A stretch of 17,640 nucleotides of DNA from the IMG/VR virus record IMGVR_UViG_3300028586_000764, one strand, 5' to 3'. Positions 7,441 to 14,324 of the stretch are shown here, piece after piece. The first letter of the stretch is position 1. Every line of letters starts with the position of its first letter. The notes below the pieces were generated by a model. That model was given only the letters and a program-made list of their open reading frames with translations, was not told where the DNA came from and ran no database searches. Position numbers and translations under genes: made by a program. The stretch is from a virus. Lineage: Duplodnaviria; Heunggongvirae; Uroviricota; Caudoviricetes.

Positions 7441-8577
7441 ATGTCGACTTTTCGCCCATTTGTCCACCTGACCCTCATTGGCGCGCTGGTCGCCTGGTAT
7501 CAGCTGCCTGTCATGGCTGAGCGCAGTCATGCGCTGACCATGCCTGGGCACGAGGCCCTGACCGATACTTTGGATACTGCCACAGCTACCATTGGCCAGC
7601 CTATGGTGGCGCTGCGGGCCTGGTCCGAACAGTCCAAGCTTAATCTGCAGGCGGGACTACTCGAGGCAGCTACGCCAATGCCCGGGGCCCTGGCCGCAGC
7701 CCCCGCAGCCGCGCCGGCGGTGGTCCGTGCGCCTGTTACGGCTCCTGTGAAGGCAACCGTGGACATGTCGGCACCTGTGCTTGCTGCAGCTGCTGGTTCG
7801 GCGGCCGCCGCCGCTAAGCTGACAGAAGCAGGTACTCCGCCGGCCAATACTGCCCCGGTAGGCGGGGCCGGCACTTCCAAGAGCGATAACGCCACCCCAG
7901 GGCCATCCGAAAAAGGAGTTGTAGCCGTCTTGGCCGGCGACTCTGTCATGGGCGAGATTGCGTTTGGCATGCAGCGGTGGGCGGCAAAGGCCCACTCCTG
8001 GACTATCGTTGACGCGCACAAGGTGTCGTCGGGACTGTCGAACACCGGCTACTACAACTGGCCGGTCACGTTCCATAACCTGCTCGAGGCTCACCATCCG
8101 AAGGTCGTGCTGATGATGGTAGGCGCGAATGACGCGCAAGACATCGTCGAAGGTAAGCGTCGCCAGCCTTTTGGGACCCCGGGTTGGCAGGCGACTTACA
8201 GTGACCGCGTCCATACGATACTCAAGGATGCGTCTGCCCACTGTACGACGGTCTACTGGACACTGATGCCGATTGTCCGCGAACCGGGCTTCGAGAAGAA
8301 AATGGCACTCGTACGCCAGGTTATCCGGGACGCAGCCAAGGAACATGGCGATACCGTACGAATCATTGACCCCAATGAGCGGTTCGTGGACAGTGCAGGC
8401 CGCTATATGGAATCGGCACGCATTAACGGTAAATCGAAAGCACTGCGCACGGACGACGGCATTCACCTGACCTGGGCCGGCGCGCAAGTGTTCGTCGACT
8501 CAGTGCTTGAAGATGCTGCTCGCCGTCCTGTAACTGCCAACGGCTGCCGGGTCGACGGGCCCGCGGCGCGCGAATAA
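7441..8577 (+). CDS. patB: SGNH-fold O-acetyltransferase (PatB/DUF459-like) with N-terminal anchor and Ala/Pro-rich linker
   Basis: Block I AGDSVMG, block II SSGLS, block III VGANDAQD, block V DDGIHLT. Starts 2 nt after the MBOAT stop. Spacing of the blocks matches Neisseria/Campylobacter-type PatB as I recall it. Confidence 0.86.
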   Translation: MSTFRPFVHLTLIGALVAWYQLPVMAERSHALTMPGHEALTDTLDTATATIGQPMVALRAWSEQSKLNLQAGLLEAATPMPGALAAAPAAAPAVVRAPVTAPVKATVDMSAPVLAAAAGSAAAAAKLTEAGTPPANTAPVGGAGTSKSDNATPGPSEKGVVAVLAGDSVMGEIAFGMQRWAAKAHSWTIVDAHKVSSGLSNTGYYNWPVTFHNLLEAHHPKVVLMMVGANDAQDIVEGKRRQPFGTPGWQATYSDRVHTILKDASAHCTTVYWTLMPIVREPGFEKKMALVRQVIRDAAKEHGDTVRIIDPNERFVDSAGRYMESARINGKSKALRTDDGIHLTWAGAQVFVDSVLEDAARRPVTANGCRVDGPAARE

Positions 8578-8622
8578 CCCCATTTTTTTTTACTTACCTG
8601 CCCGGTACGCCGGGCAAACAAT

Positions 8623-9054
8623 ATGACGACTACAACTGCAGCTGAACAAGTCTCCGATGCATCTTCCAAGATGCGCTTCCATACCAGGAAATGGGTGAAG
8701 CCGGAGGACCTCAATCCCAATGGAACGCTGTTTGGTGGGCGCCTCCTTTCCTGGATTGATGAAGAAGCGGCGATTTACGCAATTTGCCAGCTCGGGCACA
8801 CCCGCGTCGTGACGAAATACATGTCCGAAATCAACTTCATCAGTTCCGCACGCACTGGGGACGTGATTGAGCTCGGGATTGTCGCGACGGCCTTCGGCCG
8901 GACCTCGCTGACACTGCGGTGCGAAGTTCGTAACAAGATGACGCGAACAAGCATCCTGACGATTGACCGCATGGTCTTTGTCGGCCTGGATGAGGACGGT
9001 AACCCGCAGCCGCATGGCAAGACAGCAGTTTCGCCAGCAGGTGAAACTGCATGA
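8623..9054 (+). CDS. Hotdog-fold acyl-CoA thioesterase (YciA-like); alternative start ATG 8671
   Basis: MRFHTRKWVKPEDLNPNGTLFGGRLLSWIDEEAA ... INFISSARTGDVIE ... FGRTSLTLRCEV matches the acyl-CoA hydrolase signature. Confidence 0.92.
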   Translation: MTTTTAAEQVSDASSKMRFHTRKWVKPEDLNPNGTLFGGRLLSWIDEEAAIYAICQLGHTRVVTKYMSEINFISSARTGDVIELGIVATAFGRTSLTLRCEVRNKMTRTSILTIDRMVFVGLDEDGNPQPHGKTAVSPAGETA

Positions 9055-9126
9055 AAGGGGGTTCGTTCGCACCGACCATCGGAACGTAAAGTCTAAAAGC
9101 TTGCCGCGGTTGTTGCTGAGTAGAAC

Positions 9127-9861
9127 TTAGAACCCGTGGGTGCTGAGTGAAAGAAAATACCGCCGATTAAGTGCCACCACTTCGTGGGCCAGTTCTAGCA
9201 GTTCGGCGTCTGTCACCGTATTTTGCTTTTCGAATAACGTAACTGTAACAGGGACCTGCTTGACTAAGGAAGTGACGGAACGAACACGAACCAAGTATGG
9301 CTCTGCATTCTCTTCGGAGAACGATACGTCGGCACCGATTAGCCCTTGGTCATACTTAGCGGAGTACTGGATTGTTATATCCGCTAAGTCAGATATCGTG
9401 AAACCTAGGCCAGCTTTCGTAGCCAGTTTGTTGGCATTATTCATGTTCTCCCGAAATAGCCCGCTAGGGGGACGTGGCTGCCCTCGGAACATCGATGCCA
9501 CAGACTGAGTGACCGTTTTCGGCTTTTCATCAGCGGTTACCAGCACTTCCACCGAGCCCCACGCAGGGGCTCGAGCTATTGCGCCGTCTCGCAATGCGGC
9601 CAAGTCTGAACAGTGGTAAAACGACGCGATGGTGCGATTAGGCGTATGGCTAGTCGAAACTGCCTTGGCGGTGCTTATGCGAGCATTTACCGCCTTGTCG
9701 AAGTCATGTGTGTAACCTCGGAGGCAGTACCCCTCGGGAAGCAGGAGCTCTGGAATGTTCCCTGAAGCGGCTGCGGACAACGGCAGCGACATTCCGCCAG
9801 CTACTACAAGCCGAGCAGCTGCTGAAAGAATACGAGAGCAAAGTTTTTTAGACAGATGCAT
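9127..9861 (-). CDS. Putative exported hypothetical protein (244 aa)
   Basis: ATG at 9861 gives MHLSKKLCSRILSAAARLVVAGGMSLPLSAAA-SG, signal-peptide-like with an AxA cleavage site. In frame with track ORF 9127..9933. Lower GC. Confidence 0.7.
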   Translation of the reverse strand: MHLSKKLCSRILSAAARLVVAGGMSLPLSAAASGNIPELLLPEGYCLRGYTHDFDKAVNARISTAKAVSTSHTPNRTIASFYHCSDLAALRDGAIARAPAWGSVEVLVTADEKPKTVTQSVASMFRGQPRPPSGLFRENMNNANKLATKAGLGFTISDLADITIQYSAKYDQGLIGADVSFSEENAEPYLVRVRSVTSLVKQVPVTVTLFEKQNTVTDAELLELAHEVVALNRRYFLSLSTHGF

Positions 9862-10060
9862 AGTTGAAGGTTTTCGAGTGGGTGGAGTGCTCTCGCGCAA
9901 TGCTGGGACGCTATCTGCGTAACAACGCCCCAAAAAAGGGTGGTTCCAAGCGCAGACGCCAGGATAGCTACGTCAAAGTAAGAGCTTAGGACAAATCGAG
10001 CAGCAAATGGCGGCAGCCGCGTAGCCATCTCATATTTGAATTGTCGCCATAGGGTACTCC

Positions 10061-10531
10061 TCACGATTTGTTAGCTCCAACAAATGACAAGTAGTCAGAG
10101 AGCCCCTCGTCAAGACCCTCGCCAAAAGCGTCTGAGCCCTTGTCAATGAGCACGCCGGCAAGCATCCAAAAATTTAGATGCGGCCCAAACAGCGTCGCCA
10201 ATACAGCCTTCGATTTTTGCATCCGCTCAAGAGGCGGAAGCGTATGCCATAGGAGAGTGGCCCAGGTAAACGCATAACCCAGTTGTTTGTGAGCATTAGG
10301 GTTGGTACGCCAGTACTCCTCTGACTCACTATCCGAGGCTGCCAACTTTGCGCGTAGGTATCGTGTGGCAGCTCGGACTTTCTTGGACTCATCGGAATCA
10401 AGAACGTCAAAGAATCCTTTGAGGTCCCCGTCAAGCGCGGCCTTACCGGCTCGTAGCACTTTTCCGAACAGTTTTAGAATGACAAAAAGGAGGAAGAGTG
10501 CGAGAAAAATAAGTGAACCGACACCACGCAT
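10061..10531 (-). CDS. Hypothetical protein with N-terminal TM anchor
   Basis: ATG at 10531 (MRGVGSLIFLALFLLFVILKLFGK), in frame with track ORF 10061..10561. Confidence 0.7.
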   Translation of the reverse strand: MRGVGSLIFLALFLLFVILKLFGKVLRAGKAALDGDLKGFFDVLDSDESKKVRAATRYLRAKLAASDSESEEYWRTNPNAHKQLGYAFTWATLLWHTLPPLERMQKSKAVLATLFGPHLNFWMLAGVLIDKGSDAFGEGLDEGLSDYLSFVGANKS

Positions 10532-10584
10532 GTTGAACTTTCTAGCTAGACATAGTCCCACTTATAGCTAACTTTGGAAATTTC

Positions 10585-11358
10585 ATGCGACAACTCATCC
10601 TGTCATGTGTAACTGTGTTGCTGCTTAGTACCTCAGCAGGGACAGCGGCACAGGGTATCCCGGACGACCAGTACCAACAGCTTAAGCAAGCCTATCCCTC
10701 TTTCGCCAAGGCAGAAGCTCGACTCAACGAAGCCTACCGACTCGTGAGGGCTGAAGCAGACCCACTTGAGGCTGAGGGCCTACGTAGACAGCAGCGCGCT
10801 TGGATTAACGAGCGAGGGGCTGTGTATGAGTCAATCGGGGCCAACGACGAACTTGATGAATCGCAGAAAGTTGATGTTCTTACTACGATGGCTGCCGAGC
10901 GCGAGCATCAGATAAAGGTGCTCGAAGAAAAGTTCAACCGTGTCCCAGTAGAAGACGAACCAGAAGGTCTCGAAATCGACGATGCTCCCCTAGAAGCGGT
11001 AGCTGATTCGGTTGTACCCGATACATCCCCGCAAGCAGCCCCCCAGCCATCCCTAGAAGCTAACCACCAGCGCGAAGCAATCAATGAGATGCTAATGTGG
11101 TACTATGCAGGAGCTGTATTTCTTGTTGCCGTTTTATTGCTAGTTAAAGTTAGCAGAGCCATTCAAGCGGCAAAGCAGCGACGAATGCGGCAGGAACAGC
11201 TAACTGCGATTGCAGACGACATGGCGAATCAAATATGCGCCCACGCAGCTGGAGCGCTAACACGGTTGCGCGTAGAGCAAGAAGTGCTTGCTCGGCGCGA
11301 AGAACTTCAGGCCGCCGAGAGAGACTTAAAAATCGCATTAACTGAACGAAAGGGGTAA
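10585..11358 (+). CDS. Signal peptide + LprI (DUF1311)-like lysozyme-inhibitor domain + acidic/Pro linker + TM helix + coiled coil
   Basis: Signal MRQLILSCVTVLLLSTSAGTAA. The segment AEARLNEAYRLV...LRRQQRAWINER matches the LprI/DUF1311 pattern. TM MLMWYYAGAVFLVAVLLLVKV; C-terminal heptad-like helix. Confidence 0.72.
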   Translation: MRQLILSCVTVLLLSTSAGTAAQGIPDDQYQQLKQAYPSFAKAEARLNEAYRLVRAEADPLEAEGLRRQQRAWINERGAVYESIGANDELDESQKVDVLTTMAAEREHQIKVLEEKFNRVPVEDEPEGLEIDDAPLEAVADSVVPDTSPQAAPQPSLEANHQREAINEMLMWYYAGAVFLVAVLLLVKVSRAIQAAKQRRMRQEQLTAIADDMANQICAHAAGALTRLRVEQEVLARREELQAAERDLKIALTERKG

Positions 11359-11445
11359 CAACCTCTGTGAGACCATTATATCTAGATGACAACTACCTGA
11401 AGTAATGGTAAAATGTTCTCATATTGACGTGTCGAATTTAACGCC

Positions 11446-11474
11446 TTGCTGAAAATGTTCAGAAGGTATAAAGT
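11446..11474 (+). promoter_or_regulatory. Candidate sigma70 promoter for the leader-thrS transcript
   Basis: TTGCTG (11446-11451), 17 nt, TAAAGT (11469-11474). Only a partial match to consensus. Confidence 0.35.
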
Positions 11475-11513
11475 CGATACCCATACCTGACAGAATTCAC
11501 GCAACTGGACCCA

Positions 11514-11606
11514 ATGAACGCTTTCCGCACAACGACTACGACCACCACCACTGGCCCGACCGGGCTGGCGGTGGTGAGTTTGGTCGTCGTGTCGACAAGT
11601 CGATAG
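11514..11606 (+). CDS. Threonine-rich leader peptide (30 aa) MNAFRTTTTTTTTGPTGLAVVSLVVVSTSR
   Basis: ATG at 11514; eight consecutive Thr codons ACA ACG ACT ACG ACC ACC ACC ACT at 11529-11552; TAG at 11604-11606; lies 114 nt upstream of a ThrRS gene. Below the ORF-track size cutoff. Confidence 0.9.
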   Translation: MNAFRTTTTTTTTGPTGLAVVSLVVVSTSR

Positions 11607-11680
11607 CGCAGCCCAGTAGCTCACCACACCTCTCGCCGCCCGGTCCAGGTCTCGTACCTGCACCGGGCGGTTTGCATTTC
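11529..11680 (+). promoter_or_regulatory. Ribosome-mediated transcription attenuator (1:2, 2:3, 3:4 helices)
   Basis: 1:2 = ACGACCA (11538-44)/TGGTCGT (11581-87) and CACCAC (11546-51)/GTGGTG (11571-76). 2:3 = GTGGTGAG (11571-78)/CTCACCAC (11620-27), GGCG (11567-70)/CGCC (11634-37) and GGGC (11562-65)/GCCC (11638-41). 3:4 = terminator 11636-11670. Confidence 0.8.
11636..11679 (+). terminator. Attenuator terminator hairpin
   Basis: CCGCCCGGT-c-CAGGT-ctcgt-ACCTG-c-ACCGGGCGG (14 bp with one C-C mismatch) followed by TTTGCATTT, an interrupted U-tract. Confidence 0.72.
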
Positions 11681-11720
11681 AAATCCTGAATTACCACAAC
11701 ACACTATCTGGAGCCTTACC

Positions 11721-12908
11721 ATGAACGAAGAACGTTACCTCGATGTCGCCGCCCGCATGCAGCTTATCCACCTGGGCCAGTCCGCCGGTGTAGTCTACTG
11801 GCAGCCTGCCGGCCTGAACTTGTACGAGCGACTGCGCAGCTATATCCGTCGCATTCACCGCCAGCATGGCTACCTCGAGGTCAAGAGCCCAAGCCTCGTC
11901 GGGCTGGAAGTGTTCGAGCGCTCGGGCCACCTCGGCAAATACCGGGAAAACATGTTCTTGGCCAATCAGGTCAACGACCCTGCGCGCCATCCGGACGTTC
12001 AGGCTTACGGCCTGCGCCCGATGAGCTGCCCAAACCATATTGAGCTGTACGGCTGCGCCCGCCGCAGCTATCGCGAACTGCCAATGCAGCTCTTCGAGTT
12101 TGGCGACGTTTTCCGCAATGAGCCGTCTGGCTCCCTCCAGGTGCTGTTCCGCCAGCGCCAATTCACCCAGGATGACAGCCACGTCTTCGCCGGCGAAAGC
12201 CAGGTGGCGGAAGTGGCCGCACGTTACCTGTCCATGGCGCAGCAGGTATTCCACGACCTCGGCTTCGAGTCCGTTGAGTATGCGCTCTCGCTGCGCCCGG
12301 CCGAGCGATTTGGCGAAGATGTTCTGTGGGACCGTGCTGAAGAGTCGCTGCGCTCGGCGTTTCGCGGCGCCGGCCTGGCCTGGAAAGAGCAGCCCGGTGA
12401 AGGGGCGTTCTATGGCCCCAAAATTGAACTGGGTGTGCGCGACAAGCTGGGCCGTCTCTGGCAGATGGGCACCCTGCAGCTGGACTACGTGCTGCCAGAG
12501 CGATTCGACCTGTCGTACCAGGCGGCTAGCGGCGCCTACGAGCGCCCAGTCATCCTGCACCACGCAGTGCTGGGCTCGCTCGAGCGCATGATTGGCATTT
12601 TGCTGGAAGTGCATGGCGAAGCGCTGCCGGCGTTCCTGCACCCCTATCCGGCAGTTGTGCTCGCCGTGTCCGAAAAGAGCGCAGAATACGCCAAGCGCGT
12701 GCATTCCGAGCTACTTAAGGCAGAGCCGGACGCCCTGCTGGATGACTCGAACGACACCCTCGGTGCCAAGTTGCGCCTGTGGCGTTCGCGCGGGGTGGCC
12801 GCTATCTATGTCATCGGCGAGAAAGAGGCTGAGCGCTTTGCCCAGGAAGGCCAGGTGTGGGCGATGCTCTCGGAAGGGCGTAGCCAAAAGCCAGTGCAAG
12901 TTGCCTAA
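11721..12908 (+). CDS. thrS: Threonyl-tRNA synthetase, catalytic + anticodon-binding domains only (395 aa)
   Basis: SGHLGKYRENMF, RPMSCPNH (Zn Cys), FRNEPSGSL..LFRQRQFTQDDSHVF (motif 2, Zn His), GEGAFYGPKIE, WQMGTLQLD, ILHHAVLGSLERMIGIL (Zn His, motif 3). C-terminal anticodon domain ...SNDTLGAKLR...VIGEKE. GGAG SD 7 nt upstream. Confidence 0.96.
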   Translation: MNEERYLDVAARMQLIHLGQSAGVVYWQPAGLNLYERLRSYIRRIHRQHGYLEVKSPSLVGLEVFERSGHLGKYRENMFLANQVNDPARHPDVQAYGLRPMSCPNHIELYGCARRSYRELPMQLFEFGDVFRNEPSGSLQVLFRQRQFTQDDSHVFAGESQVAEVAARYLSMAQQVFHDLGFESVEYALSLRPAERFGEDVLWDRAEESLRSAFRGAGLAWKEQPGEGAFYGPKIELGVRDKLGRLWQMGTLQLDYVLPERFDLSYQAASGAYERPVILHHAVLGSLERMIGILLEVHGEALPAFLHPYPAVVLAVSEKSAEYAKRVHSELLKAEPDALLDDSNDTLGAKLRLWRSRGVAAIYVIGEKEAERFAQEGQVWAMLSEGRSQKPVQVA

Positions 12909-12969
12909 CGGCGCTGGCGGGTAAACGTGATTGGCTAGACAAGACAACCCTATAACCGGAGTGTCTTCC

Positions 12970-13560
12970 ATGCGCTACATTTTGCCCGCCCTCTTTTGTG
13001 CTGCTGCCCTGAGCCTGGCCACAGCTGCATCAGCGGCGGATAACCCGTCGACCGGCACAGAACAAGTCAAGCCCGTCGTGAGCCCGACCGCCGCCCTGAT
13101 GGCGGATTTGGCCGAGGAGGTTGTCGAGTCTCTTGGAGACGTTCAAGGCAGTGGCGTGGCCGTGGCCGCTGTTACGACTGACACGCGCCTGGAGCGCGCT
13201 TTGCAAGAAGCCGTTGTGACCGCATTGTTCGAGAAGGGCATTCCGGTGCTGGAGGCGCCTACTGCGGGAGCGCCTACCATTCACCTTGTGGCATTTGCAA
13301 CTCCTGTGGCGGCCAGCAGCGAAGACCATTCCAATATTCTGTCCAAAGGCTTCTCAGTAGTGCGCAATGTCCTGGTCGCCGACCCCCGTGTAAGCTTGGT
13401 CACCAAGCCATTTGTGCGAGATGGAAAGAAAGCGGCTGACGCCGCACTCATCGTGACAGTAAGCGTGGCCAAGCAAGGCCGATTCGTCGCCCGCAAAACC
13501 AATGCGTACACGCTGCCGGGTTCGGAGCCGTTCGCGCAGCTGGCACTGACTTCACCGTAA
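12970..13560 (+). CDS. Putative exported protein (196 aa)
   Basis: ATG at 12970 with GGAG SD. Signal peptide MRYILPALFCAAALSLATAASA-AD. The alpha/beta core (VAVAAV...LERALQEAVVTALFEKGIPVL) is only loosely reminiscent of FlgO/CsgG-type domains. Confidence 0.8.
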   Translation: MRYILPALFCAAALSLATAASAADNPSTGTEQVKPVVSPTAALMADLAEEVVESLGDVQGSGVAVAAVTTDTRLERALQEAVVTALFEKGIPVLEAPTAGAPTIHLVAFATPVAASSEDHSNILSKGFSVVRNVLVADPRVSLVTKPFVRDGKKAADAALIVTVSVAKQGRFVARKTNAYTLPGSEPFAQLALTSP

Positions 13561-13579
13561 CCTAAGCACAACCGGAAAG

Positions 13580-13605
13580 AAGCCGCGGCGGTCCGCGGCT
13601 TTTTT
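13580..13605 (+). terminator. Rho-independent terminator
   Basis: AAGCCGCGG-cggt-CCGCGGCTT followed by TTTT. Confidence 0.88.
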
Positions 13606-13681
13606 GTTGCCAAAGAAGGTTATGATTGGCGCGTGTTGGGTTGCTATACGCTGCAGACCATTACTTTATTAGGAGTTTATT

Positions 13682-14110
13682 ATGAGCGACAAATTCAAGA
13701 AGCCTGCTATGCCGTTGTCCAAGCATTTGATGACCCTCGGCGTGATGCTGATAATCATCGACCTCGTCATCGCGCCTACGGCCGAGTTCGAGTTCATGGA
13801 CTACGACTGGCCTGTAGTGTGGGTAATCAAGATGATTGCCTTCGGCATGATTGTGTTTGGTTTCGTGTTCGGTGCGGTCGCTGCAATCAGCGCACGCAAA
13901 GCTCACATCGCAAAAATGAACGCTGACGCCGCTGCTGACGCTGCCGCTAACGCTGCTGCTGTCTCGGAATCCCAATCCGAGCCAAGCATCGCTCAGCCGG
14001 CTGCACAAGCTGAAAGTTCTGCACTCTTCGCTGTCCCCGAACCCCGGGTGATGGTGGTTAATGAAGTTGCCAAGCCTACCGTCGAGTTTCCCACCTCGGC
14101 CAAAGCTTAA
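13682..14110 (+). CDS. Two-TM membrane protein with Ala/Pro-rich cytoplasmic tail (142 aa)
   Basis: AGGAG SD. TMs LMTLGVMLIIIDLVIA and VIKMIAFGMIVFGFVFGAVAAI; low-complexity tail. Confidence 0.85.
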   Translation: MSDKFKKPAMPLSKHLMTLGVMLIIIDLVIAPTAEFEFMDYDWPVVWVIKMIAFGMIVFGFVFGAVAAISARKAHIAKMNADAAADAAANAAAVSESQSEPSIAQPAAQAESSALFAVPEPRVMVVNEVAKPTVEFPTSAKA

Positions 14111-14167
14111 GCAGTTTCAAGCAGCATTCCTCTCAGGAATCAAGTTTAGTTTTTCTTCCTGATTCTG

Positions 14168-14195
14168 ACGCACCTCTTTGAGGTGCGTTTTTCTT
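14168..14195 (+). terminator. Rho-independent terminator between convergent genes
   Basis: ACGCACCTC-ttt-GAGGTGCGT followed by TTTTCTTT. Confidence 0.85.
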
Positions 14196-14324
14196 TGGTG
14201 CTTCGCTGTGAGATGGCCCTGCGCTACCGGCCACATCGCTCAAAGCCAAAGAAAAACCGCAGGCGGCGTCGGGAGACGCGCGTCTGCGGTGAATGATGCA
14301 TGAACCTTCTGCAGTGAACCGTGG

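Larger units (their letters stand above)
9100..11500. other. Lower-GC block, probable separate acquisition
   Basis: Hand counts of sample 60-nt lines: 29/60 at 9181, 28/60 at 10441 and 24/60 at 11101, versus 40/60 at 16021. Boundaries are approximate. Confidence 0.6.

Noticed and set aside
7657-8487. 276-aa minus-strand ORF
   Set aside because: Lies entirely opposite the SGNH gene; long antisense frames are expected in GC-rich DNA.
9804-10064. 86-aa minus-strand ORF overlapping the upstream stop by GTGA
   Set aside because: Overlaps the signal-peptide region of 9127..9861 by 58 nt in another frame and has no recognisable features. Cannot be fully excluded.
11424-11456. TTGACG as the -35 box for the leader transcript
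   Set aside because: No -10 hexamer at 16-18 nt spacing.
11529-11592. ACC/ACG and GTC/GTG triplet repeats as a microsatellite or CRISPR-like repeat
   Set aside because: Fully explained by the Thr codons of the leader and their pairing partner; there is no repeat-spacer periodicity.
11691-12704. 337-aa minus-strand ORF
   Set aside because: Antisense to thrS, with no recognisable motifs.
11721-12908. Calling the ThrRS borrelidin- or obafluorin-resistant from sequence alone
   Set aside because: Residues I recall as inhibitor contacts (SGH His, AFY Tyr, the Leu of QLDxxLP) are retained, so resistance cannot be read from the sequence. Kept only as a hypothesis.
14126-14165. Overlapping short inverted repeats (ATTCCT/AGGAAT, TCAGGAA/TTCCTGA)
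   Set aside because: Arms of 6-7 bp in an AT-rich spacer are plausible by chance, and the adjacent terminator already explains the region.
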